DNA from: Candidatus Saccharimonadota bacterium | Lineage (GTDB): Bacteria; Patescibacteriota; Saccharimonadia; Saccharimonadales; Saccharimonadaceae | Reading direction: 5' to 3' | DNA: 64,000 bases | Assembly: GCA_017515105.1 (NCBI GenBank) | Contig: JAFWHO010000001.1 | Span: 202,903-266,902 of the forward strand | In this document: positions 52,459 through 60,842 of the stretch, one piece after another | Position numbering within the stretch: the first letter of the stretch is position 1 | How the letters are laid out: each line of letters opens with the position of its first letter | The notes under the pieces: generated by a model | Told to the model about the DNA's origin: nothing | Database searches by the model: none | Seen by the model: the letters and a program-made list of their open reading frames with translations, nothing else | Translations under genes and position numbers: made by a program

Positions 52459-53529
52459 ATGAATTTTATTGCTTTAGAAAAAACCGAGTTCGAGAAGTTT
52501 GCCAAGAAATCTCCTTACAAATCCTTTATGCAAACCCCCGAAATTGCAGAGTACAGAGAGAAAAATGGCTGGACGCCTTACTATCTAGGCGTAGAAGATA
52601 GTGGCGAGATCAAGGCCGCCTCAATGCTAGTAGCAAAACCCACCTTTCTCGGCAAATCCACCTATTTTGCTCCTGGCGGCCCGCTACTAGATCTCGAAGA
52701 CACCACCCTCACTAACTTCTTTATGAGGAACCTGAGGCATTACATCAAAACCCACAACGGCTACAACCTCATCATCGACCCCTATTACGAACTGATCGAA
52801 CGCGGCAGGGAAGGCGAACCAATAGAGAACGGCTTCAACCACAAAAAAGCCGCCAAAAACCTCAAAACAAACGGCTTCAAAGAAATCAAAGACGGCAGCA
52901 TGCCGAAATATCTCTTTACTCTCACTGTCAAAGGCCGCACCCCCGACCAGCTCTTTGCTGAATTAAAGCGCAACACCAGGAATCACGTCCGCAAGGCCGA
53001 AAAAGCCGGCGTCAAAATCCGCGAGCTAAAGAGGGAAGAACTCAGTATTTTTAAGAAAATCACCGAATCAACCAGCAAACGCCGCGACTTCCAGGATAAA
53101 CCTCTGAAGTACTACGAGCAGATGTATGACCTCTTCCACGAAAAAAACGAAATCAAATACATCTTGGCCGAAGCCCCAGACGGCACACCTCTGTCAGCCG
53201 CCATGTTCATGCTCTACGGCGACGAGATCGTTTATCTGTTCTCCGGCTCAGAAGAGCAGTACATGAAGGAGTACAACGCCCAATACCTCATTCAGTGGCA
53301 TATGATCAAATACGCCAGTGAGCACAAATTCACGACCTACAACTTCTACGGCATCAGCGGCCTTCCTGATAAATCCGACAAAGACTACGGAATTTACGAC
53401 TTCAAAAAAGGCTTCACTACTGACGAGACCGGCAAAGTTGTCGAGCTAATCGGCACCTACGAGCTCCCGATTAGTCAAATCTTCTATAGCTTACACAGTC
53501 TCCTCAGTAAAATCAAACACAGAAAGTAA
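52459..53529 (+). CDS. FemAB-family aminoacyltransferase (FemX/MurM-like)
   Basis: FMQTPEIAEYREKNGW, GGPLLD, RNTRNHVRKAEKAGV, AQYLIQWHMIKYA...YNFYGI and FKKGF. Confidence 0.85.
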   Translation: MNFIALEKTEFEKFAKKSPYKSFMQTPEIAEYREKNGWTPYYLGVEDSGEIKAASMLVAKPTFLGKSTYFAPGGPLLDLEDTTLTNFFMRNLRHYIKTHNGYNLIIDPYYELIERGREGEPIENGFNHKKAAKNLKTNGFKEIKDGSMPKYLFTLTVKGRTPDQLFAELKRNTRNHVRKAEKAGVKIRELKREELSIFKKITESTSKRRDFQDKPLKYYEQMYDLFHEKNEIKYILAEAPDGTPLSAAMFMLYGDEIVYLFSGSEEQYMKEYNAQYLIQWHMIKYASEHKFTTYNFYGISGLPDKSDKDYGIYDFKKGFTTDETGKVVELIGTYELPISQIFYSLHSLLSKIKHRK

Positions 53530-53583
53530 CACGCCAGGCCCAGCTCAAGAAAAAGTGCCAGCATCAGAGCCAGCACTAGTATT

Positions 53584-54156
53584 TTAGATATTTGAGGGCC
53601 TCGCCCCTTTGAGCAAGACATGAGTCAAAAATGATTCAAGAATCAAGTCAACGGCAGGGCTTTTTATGGCACTATAAAAGGCTTGATAGCTTACGAACTC
53701 CTTGCCGTCAGGCTTGCAGGGCTTCGAGAAAAAGGGCAACTTGGAATAATTCTTCCTATAAAGAAGCAGCGTCCTGAAAATTTTGTTTTTTCGGACAAGA
53801 TCAGAAAGAATCCCTTTCGCCTCTCTTTCAGAAAAGTATTTCTTCGTCACTCCTTTCGATGGCTTCTCAAGGAAATAGATCTTAACCGGTCGATCGTTCC
53901 CAACTATGCAACCAATCTGACCAAGAGTCTCCAAAAGGTCTGTCAAAACATCGAGATCGTATCTAGTCAAAAGTGGCGTAACCACCTTGTACTCGGCCAT
54001 TTTTGTCCCAGCAGGCCCAGGTTTCTCACCTAAGAATTCAAAATCCCATGAATCTCTCGCATTGGTATTGTGGACCTCGATATCGACGCCAAGCGCCATC
54101 TCCACGATAGTCTCAGAAGTCCCCCTAAAAACAAACTCAATTCTAAAATACTTCAT
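53584..54156 (-). CDS. hypothetical protein
   Basis: Start set at ATG 54156-54154 behind GGGGGAG. There is a weak resemblance to amidoligase-type folds, which I do not trust. Confidence 0.5.
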   Translation of the reverse strand: MKYFRIEFVFRGTSETIVEMALGVDIEVHNTNARDSWDFEFLGEKPGPAGTKMAEYKVVTPLLTRYDLDVLTDLLETLGQIGCIVGNDRPVKIYFLEKPSKGVTKKYFSEREAKGILSDLVRKNKIFRTLLLYRKNYSKLPFFSKPCKPDGKEFVSYQAFYSAIKSPAVDLILESFLTHVLLKGARPSNI

Positions 54157-54269
54157 AATGTACTCCCCCTTCCTTTTTAAAAATGTAAAGAACAATGGGA
54201 AAATCATAACATAAACACGGAATAAAAGCAAGCGAAAAGACTAAACACCCAACGTGCTATAATTAAGAT

Positions 54270-56570
54270 ATGGAAATAAAGGGTTTAAGTAAAGCAGATG
54301 TCGAAAAACGCGTCAAAAATGGCGAAGTGAACATCGTCCCATCAAAAAACAAAAACACCATCCCCAAAATTATCCTCAAAAACACCCTCACGGTATTCAA
54401 TCTCGTCAATCTTATACTTGCTATCATGATTATTCTTGTAGGTAGCTACAAAAACCTCCTCTTCGTCCTCATCGCTATCGCCAACACCTTAATTAGTATT
54501 GTAAATGAAGTTCGCGCCAAACGCACCGTAGACAAAATGCGTCTCGTTTCCGAGCAAAAACCGACAGTTCTAAGGGACGGTAAAACCATCCAAATCTCCG
54601 GTAGTGAAATCGTCAAAGACGACATCGTTATTTTCTCATTAGGCGACCAGGTTCTAGTGGACTGCGAGGTAAAAGAAGGCAAAGTCGAAGTCAATGAAGC
54701 CTTTGTCACAGGTGAACAAGACAACATCGTCAAACAAAACGGCGACAAACTCGCCTCCGGCTCATTTATCGTCTCCGGCACTTGTAAAGCCAAAGCCATC
54801 GCAGTAGGGAAAGACAGTGCTCTCAACAAAATCCAGTCTACCGCCCATACCGTGAGGACCGCCAATTCCAAACTCTTTACACTCATGAACAACATCGTGA
54901 AATACATCTCGATCGCCCTCATCCCAATCGGCGCCCTTGTTCTCTGGAGCCGCTTCAGGGTGGCCGACAACGATACTACCACCGCTGTGACGAGCACTGT
55001 AGCTTCCCTCATCAATATGATCCCAGAAGGCCTTATTCTCCTCACTTCAAGTGTACTGGCCCTCGCCACCATTAGGTTGAGTAGGCGCCAGGTCCTCGTT
55101 CAGGACCTCTATTCTGTCGAAACTTTGGCTCGCGTCGACGCCATCGCCTTGGATAAAACCGGCACCATAACCACCGGCCGGATGACAGTCCATGATTATA
55201 CTCCCAACGAAAAATCCTTTGAAAAGGCCCTAGCATCCATTCTGAGCCATCAAGCCACCGAAAACCAAACCATAACAGCCTTAAAGAAAAAGTTCGCGAA
55301 AAGTGCGAAAAATAGCGAATTAGACGAAATTACCGAAATCATCGATTTTTCTTCTGACCGTAAATACTCTGGCATCAGGACCAAAAAAGCCACCTATCTT
55401 CTCGGTGCCGTCGATTTTATTACTGATGACAAATCAATAGTCGACAAGGTCAAATCCGCCTCCGAAACGTATCGCACTCTCGCCCTCGTCAAAAAAACCA
55501 ACAATAAAGACACTCTTCTCGGATTTATTCGCCTCGAGGATGAGATTCGCCCCGACGCCAAACAAATCATCAAATACTTCTACCAAAACGACATCGATAT
55601 CAGGATAATCTCTGGAGATGACCTCGATTCCGTCGTTTCCATCGCCTCTCGTGTCGATATCAAAGACATCAAAGGCGTCAATCTCTCTAGCCTAGGAAAA
55701 TTAGACTACAATAAATTAGTCAAAGAGTATAACGTATTTACTCGTGTCACCCCGGCTCAGAAAAAAGAGCTTATCAAAGCCATGCGAAAACAAGGCAACA
55801 CTGTTGCTATGACCGGTGATGGCGTAAATGACATTTTAGCCATGAAGGAAGCCGATGTTTCAATCGCTATCGGCGAAGGGTCCGACGCTGCTCGCCGCAG
55901 CGCCAAACTAGTGCTCCTAAACTCCGGTTTTGAATCCATTCCAAGCGTCATCGACGAAGGCCGCCAATCCATCAATAACCTCGAACGCTCCACCACTCTT
56001 TTCCTCGCCAAAACCGTCTACGCCAGTATTTTAGCAGTGATCTTCATCTTTGTCCCAATCAAATATCCATTTTCTTCACCGGTCGAAATGTCCCTGCTAA
56101 ACTTCGCCTGTATCGGTTTCCCGGGCCTCATCTTAGCCCTGGAGCATAACACCGAAAGAATCAAAAACCGCTTCGCCCGCAACATCATCGAGTATTCCGT
56201 ACCCGTCGGTTTCACCATCTCAATCGCCATGTTAACCCTCTCACTTCTCGCCCACTTCGGCGTATTCCCTTCGAGCGACCTCGCCACCACTGCTATTTTC
56301 GTCACTTTCGCTATCGATCTCATCCTGATCTATTGGATTTCCCGCCCAATGAACAAACTCCGCGCCAGCCTCTTCATTTCAATCATCGTTGTCATGATCG
56401 GCGCATTCCTCATCCCATTCTTTCACAAATTCTTTGACTTTGTCTTCCTCACCCCAGAAGGCCTCATCACCACATCGATTGCCATCGCTGCCGCATTCGC
56501 TGTGTTCGAAATCCTAAAAGCCCTCATGGGAAAACTCGCAAACCGCCTCTTCAAAACCTCCGGAATTTAA
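54270..56570 (+). CDS. cation-transporting P-type ATPase (HAD-IC family)
   Basis: DKTGTIT (phosphorylation site), TGEQD-type actuator region, MTGDGVNDILAMKEADVSIAIG, and about 10 TM segments. Confidence 0.9.
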   Translation: MEIKGLSKADVEKRVKNGEVNIVPSKNKNTIPKIILKNTLTVFNLVNLILAIMIILVGSYKNLLFVLIAIANTLISIVNEVRAKRTVDKMRLVSEQKPTVLRDGKTIQISGSEIVKDDIVIFSLGDQVLVDCEVKEGKVEVNEAFVTGEQDNIVKQNGDKLASGSFIVSGTCKAKAIAVGKDSALNKIQSTAHTVRTANSKLFTLMNNIVKYISIALIPIGALVLWSRFRVADNDTTTAVTSTVASLINMIPEGLILLTSSVLALATIRLSRRQVLVQDLYSVETLARVDAIALDKTGTITTGRMTVHDYTPNEKSFEKALASILSHQATENQTITALKKKFAKSAKNSELDEITEIIDFSSDRKYSGIRTKKATYLLGAVDFITDDKSIVDKVKSASETYRTLALVKKTNNKDTLLGFIRLEDEIRPDAKQIIKYFYQNDIDIRIISGDDLDSVVSIASRVDIKDIKGVNLSSLGKLDYNKLVKEYNVFTRVTPAQKKELIKAMRKQGNTVAMTGDGVNDILAMKEADVSIAIGEGSDAARRSAKLVLLNSGFESIPSVIDEGRQSINNLERSTTLFLAKTVYASILAVIFIFVPIKYPFSSPVEMSLLNFACIGFPGLILALEHNTERIKNRFARNIIEYSVPVGFTISIAMLTLSLLAHFGVFPSSDLATTAIFVTFAIDLILIYWISRPMNKLRASLFISIIVVMIGAFLIPFFHKFFDFVFLTPEGLITTSIAIAAAFAVFEILKALMGKLANRLFKTSGI

Positions 56571-56634
56571 ATTTAAATAAAAATATGGCCGAACATGCTA
56601 CAATAAACATAAGTAAAAAGGAGTTTTTTCATAT

Positions 56635-57663
56635 ATGGAACCAAATAACGTAGCCCCGACAGGGAGATCATCGGGTTCAGCCCCGCAAGATCAAGCAGCA
56701 CAAACCGAAGTTATAACTTCAAAACCAGATACGACAAGTAGTCAGCCCTCGCCAATAGACAAACCAACCAAATCTTCGAAGCCGCTAATCTGGATTCTAG
56801 CAATTCTAGCAGTGATCGCTATCGCTGCCGCTGGCGTATTCGCCTACCTATATTTTACTAAGCCAACCACCCCACCGTCTGAACCATCAGAGGAAACTAG
56901 TCAAGAGACTCCGCCAGAGGAAACAGCCGAAGAAACCGAAATCACAGACACCTACATTCTTCGTGATTTAGATGAAAAAATGGCAATTTTGCATAACACC
57001 GACGAGACGGGCCCCCTAATCAAAAAATTAGGAGTCGGTTATGGATATGTCTCACCTTTATATAAAAATGGAAATCTGAGCGAAATAGCAAAACTAGCAC
57101 ACATTTTTATGGCAACTGTTCCAGATTATATTTTGACTAGCCGTGAGATCGAGTCAGCTATTGCCGAGCAGGGATATGACAAAGACTCCGCCCAAGACTT
57201 TAGCACCACGGTTCATGATGGGATCAAAGGGGATACTATGGCTGCAAAGTATAAAGATCTTTTTGGAGAAGATCTAGTAAAGGGTGCCGCTAATGGTGAA
57301 TATTATTGCCCAGGGGCATACTACAATTCGCAGTATGATTTTTATTATAATCCAACGTTAGGGTGTGGTGGGACCGGACCATACTTTGGTGTTTATTATA
57401 AAAACAAGTACACGACTGACGGCGAGCATGCTTATGTCTATGTAAGCGCAGGAACATTTAACGCAGAAGATAATAAAACCTATTGCGATATTTTCGAGTA
57501 TGGAGTATCTGAACAAAGCAAACCAGCCGTCTGCGGAGAAGCTGAAAATCCGGACAGCTTCACTATAAACGAGAGTAATTATCAAAAATTCGCAGAGTAT
57601 CGCTTCGTCTTCAATAAGGCAGACGACGGTACCTACTACTTCGTCAAAGCAGAAAAGCTTTAA
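56635..57663 (+). CDS. membrane-anchored secreted hypothetical protein
   Basis: TACAAT promoter at 56598-56603 and an AAAGGAG RBS. TM segment LIWILAILAVIAIAAAGVFAYLYF followed by a P/E/T-rich linker. Confidence 0.6.
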   Translation: MEPNNVAPTGRSSGSAPQDQAAQTEVITSKPDTTSSQPSPIDKPTKSSKPLIWILAILAVIAIAAAGVFAYLYFTKPTTPPSEPSEETSQETPPEETAEETEITDTYILRDLDEKMAILHNTDETGPLIKKLGVGYGYVSPLYKNGNLSEIAKLAHIFMATVPDYILTSREIESAIAEQGYDKDSAQDFSTTVHDGIKGDTMAAKYKDLFGEDLVKGAANGEYYCPGAYYNSQYDFYYNPTLGCGGTGPYFGVYYKNKYTTDGEHAYVYVSAGTFNAEDNKTYCDIFEYGVSEQSKPAVCGEAENPDSFTINESNYQKFAEYRFVFNKADDGTYYFVKAEKL

Positions 57664-58826
57664 TTCTCGATCGATATCCTCGGATAAATATTGAGTTTAT
57701 ACGGATCCACCGGTTTCGCACCGGCTTGGATCTCGTAGTAACATGCCACCCCCACCATTGCACCATTATCACCAGATAGCGACGGGGCAGGGAAAAACGC
57801 CTCTGGCAACATCCCGCGCAGCACCTCATTGGCGCTCACGCCACCAGCCACCACCACCGATTTGGCATCAGGATATTTTTCAAGCGCCAAATCTAATTTT
57901 TCACAGAGAATCTCCATCGCAGTCTTCTGGAAAGAGGCCGCAAAATCCGCCACCTGCTGCTCATTAAGAAGCTCTTTTAATTTGTGTGACGGATAAGAAA
58001 TTGGCACACCCACCTCTTTCTGCACGGCGCGAAGCATCGCTGTTTTAAGCCCCGAAAACGAGAAATCAAGCCCCTCCACTTTCGGGTGTGGGAACTTATA
58101 CTTGTTTGCATCACCGCTTTTTGCAGCCTTAGCAATCGCCGGCCCGCCTGGATATGGTAAACCTAAAATCTTCGCCGCCTTATCAAAGCATTCTCCCACC
58201 GCATCATCCTTCGTGGTCCCAACAATCTCAAACTGATCATGTCCCTTCATGTACAGAATCTGCGTATGCCCCCCTGAAATCACCAACGCCAATATTGGGA
58301 AAAAAGGAAAACCAGAAATAGTACTTTCGAGACCGTGCGCGACCAACGGGGAGCGCTTTGAGCGACTGAGCCCTGTAACGACCGCCCCTTGGGACGCGGA
58401 CGACCTCTGGTCGACAGGCGCGAAGGAGCAAGTCGAGAAAGTACTATTTTGGTTTTCCATTTTTAGCCAATTTGCATACACATGTGATTTCAGGTGGTGC
58501 ACCGCATATAGCGGTTTATCGTGGAGCACGGCAAGCGTCCTCGCCGTCAGCGTCCCAATCAGAAGCGACCCAAGAAGCCCCGGCGCATGCGTCACCGCAA
58601 TCGCGTCAATATCATCCCAGGTACAAGAAGCATCACTAAGCGCCTTATCAATCACCGGTAGCATCACTTCAAGGTGCGATCTTGCCGCCACCTCTGGTAT
58701 TACGCCCCCATATTCAGCAAAAATATCAATCTGGCTCACTACCACATTGGACAAAATCTTAGCGCCGTCTTCAACCACGGCCGCCGCAGTTTCATCGCAG
58801 CTCGTCTCTATGCCGAGTATTTTCAT
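57660..58826 (-). CDS. tsaD: tRNA N6-adenosine threonylcarbamoyltransferase TsaD, carrying a ~45-aa insertion
   Basis: Start set at MKILGIETSCDETAAAVV (58826). Motifs include VISGGHTQ and GGVSAN. Confidence 0.9.
   Translation of the reverse strand: MKILGIETSCDETAAAVVEDGAKILSNVVVSQIDIFAEYGGVIPEVAARSHLEVMLPVIDKALSDASCTWDDIDAIAVTHAPGLLGSLLIGTLTARTLAVLHDKPLYAVHHLKSHVYANWLKMENQNSTFSTCSFAPVDQRSSASQGAVVTGLSRSKRSPLVAHGLESTISGFPFFPILALVISGGHTQILYMKGHDQFEIVGTTKDDAVGECFDKAAKILGLPYPGGPAIAKAAKSGDANKYKFPHPKVEGLDFSFSGLKTAMLRAVQKEVGVPISYPSHKLKELLNEQQVADFAASFQKTAMEILCEKLDLALEKYPDAKSVVVAGGVSANEVLRGMLPEAFFPAPSLSGDNGAMVGVACYYEIQAGAKPVDPYKLNIYPRISIEN
58316..58449. repeat. 134-bp GC-rich palindromic element inside tsaD
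   Basis: Perfect 12-bp arms AAATAGTACTTT (58316-58327) and AAAGTACTATTT (58438-58449). The core carries TGAGCCCTGTAACGAC and GACAGGCGCGAA. Confidence 0.75.
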
Positions 58827-58907
58827 GAGACCAATTATACCACAAAACCGCCGAAAAATCCGTCTTGACAAACTATTTAACAGAGAAAATATATCACAAT
58901 ATGAATA

Positions 58908-59339
58908 TTACTCGTGGTGATATTTGCCACCAGTAGCAATTTGTGAGGCGCGATATATCTGTTCGCACACGATTACACGCGCCAAAGCGTGAGGAAACAC
59001 TAATCTAGAAAAGCTCCACACGAAGTCAGCCTTCTCTCTAACATTCTCTGAAAACCCATAAGCACCGCCAATCAATATCACTACATTCCGCGAGTCAACA
59101 AAGGCCTTCGTGAGCAGAGAACAATATTCATCCGATGATATATTTTTGCCACGTTCGTCGCAACAAATCACAAAATCTCTGGAGTCAAACGGCCAACCTT
59201 CAAGTTTTTTGTTAAGCTTCTCTTCTTCGATGAACTCCCACTGAATATCGAAAGGCTTCCTTAACCTCTTCTCATACTCAGCGCAGGCTTCCGCCCACCA
59301 ATCTGTGTTTTTCTTCCCCCCAGCAATAATTCGTACCAT
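58908..59339 (-). CDS. rlmH: 23S rRNA (pseudouridine1915-N3)-methyltransferase RlmH
   Basis: 143-aa SPOUT protein. EYEKRL, ILIGGAYGFS and SFSRLVFPHALARVIVCEQIYRA are RlmH-like. Confidence 0.85.
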   Translation of the reverse strand: MVRIIAGGKKNTDWWAEACAEYEKRLRKPFDIQWEFIEEEKLNKKLEGWPFDSRDFVICCDERGKNISSDEYCSLLTKAFVDSRNVVILIGGAYGFSENVREKADFVWSFSRLVFPHALARVIVCEQIYRASQIATGGKYHHE

Positions 59340-59415
59340 ACTTCCCCTTAAATTATATAGATATTATATCATGCCAAGGATAACAAAACCTCCATGTAAG
59401 GAATACTCAATAATA

Positions 59416-59569
59416 TGGCTGGACCGGCAGGATTCGCACCGTTAGGTCCGAATCCCAACTAAAAAAGCCTCTCTGGAGGCAATGAACTTGATTGGCTGGA
59501 CCGGCAGGATTCGCACCGTTAGGTCCGAATCCCAACCAAAAAAGCCTCTCTGGAGGCGATATACTTGAT
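59416..59569. repeat. two tandem 77-bp units, each starting with a tRNA-Gln 3'-end copy and containing a terminator hairpin
   Basis: Units at 59416-59492 and 59493-59569 differ at 4 of 77 positions by my count. Both begin TGGCTGGACCGGCAGGATTCG, as does the tRNA 3' end at 59570. Confidence 0.85.
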
Positions 59570-59644
59570 TGGCTGGACCGGCAGGATTCGAACCTGCGAA
59601 TGCTGGGACCAAAACCCAGTGCCTTACCACTTGGCGACGGTCCA
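59570..59644 (-). tRNA. tRNA-Gln (anticodon TTG), CCA encoded
   Basis: The reverse complement TGGACCGTCGCCAAGTGGTAAGGCACTGGGTTTTGGTCCCAGCATTCGCAGGTTCGAATCCTGCCGGTCCAGCCA closely parallels E. coli tRNA-Gln (U1-A72, discriminator G). Confidence 0.9.
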
Positions 59645-59827
59645 ATCCCGGTCATTATATCACAAACCAGCCAGTAAATCCAGTAACAGCATAAAAGCAG
59701 CAACAAAAGCACTAGCCCCTCTAAACATAAACAACACCACGAAAAATCCCCGGCCCATTGCGCACCAAAAGCGCGGGCCGAGGATTTCGAAAGAAGGAAT
59801 AATATGAAAAAAAGAAGTTATCAGGTT

Positions 59828-60559
59828 TTAACCCCGCCCCCACTTTCTTGCCAATTTAGGGTCGGTGATTATTTCGCCATTAATCAGCGGGACAGGTAAG
59901 TCGTCTTTTTTGTATCCCAGTCTCTCCAGGTCGCTCGCCAAGGAACAATACTTTGAAATGTAGGTATACCCTTCCCTGGAGACAAAGATGATCTTTCCAT
60001 CACGGGAACAATATTTCCCAAGGCGCAAAAGTACTTTACTATCAGCCCTGCGCTCATTGCATAATGGATAGATTCGCCATTCAACCCCAAGATGACTTAC
60101 GGGTATACCAGACCTCGGAACCTTAATACACCGGCTCTTTAAGTCGTCGTTTAAGGTACCGATGCCTCGTTTGTCACACCAATCAGAGCAATCACGCTCA
60201 TAATCTCGGTGGTTGGCTCCAGATGCGCTGTGTTTAAGCCTCATCCACTTCTCCATTTTTAAGGGGTCAGCAGGAAAGCTCCCGTCTGCAAAAGGCACCT
60301 CGAAATCAGCAAACTTCAAGCCTGCTTCTTCGATACAGGTCAGTTTGTTTCGGGTAGAAGGCGTGACAAGCACTCTCCCACTATGAACCAAACAAACTGT
60401 AAAATTCTTCACCGAATAACTATTCGGGAAGTCTCTTCTTATCTTCGCCGTATCAAGGACTTTCTCCTGGCGCGTCCCTATATTCGGGTGGACGATCATT
60501 AGTTTATCGGTTACATCGACACAGCCATTGACTAAAAGCGTTTTAAATGAATAACTCAT
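59828..60559 (-). CDS. hypothetical protein with internal duplication
   Basis: 243-aa ORF. The two halves share a pattern (...GLKFADFEVPFADGSFPADPLKMEKW / ...GYKKDDLPVPLINGEIITDPKLARKW). Hairpin terminator at 59747-59790. Confidence 0.55.
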   Translation of the reverse strand: MSYSFKTLLVNGCVDVTDKLMIVHPNIGTRQEKVLDTAKIRRDFPNSYSVKNFTVCLVHSGRVLVTPSTRNKLTCIEEAGLKFADFEVPFADGSFPADPLKMEKWMRLKHSASGANHRDYERDCSDWCDKRGIGTLNDDLKSRCIKVPRSGIPVSHLGVEWRIYPLCNERRADSKVLLRLGKYCSRDGKIIFVSREGYTYISKYCSLASDLERLGYKKDDLPVPLINGEIITDPKLARKWGRG

Positions 60560-60842
60560 AGCACCTCCTAACGTTTATCGCCCGCCGGCCATAGTTTAGC
60601 CACGGGCAATTCCGCGGTTTAGTCTAGCTATTCCAAACTAAATCATAATAACCAGGCCAAACCGCAGAATACTTCAGGGGAAAGAAGAAATTCATATTTT
60701 CCAATAATATTAAAGTACTATTTATCTCGACCTAATATACTTATTATACAATAAATCAAAAAATTTACAATCCCAGAAAAGGGTAGCATAAACCCACCCC
60801 ATACCCCTTGTGTTTATCCTAAAAGTGTGCTATAATATCACC

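Noticed and set aside
59407-59807. ORFs of 61-101 aa on both strands across the tRNA-Gln region.
   Set aside because: They are translations of the tRNA and its tandem repeat units, and their repetitive peptide sequence mirrors the 77-bp repeat.
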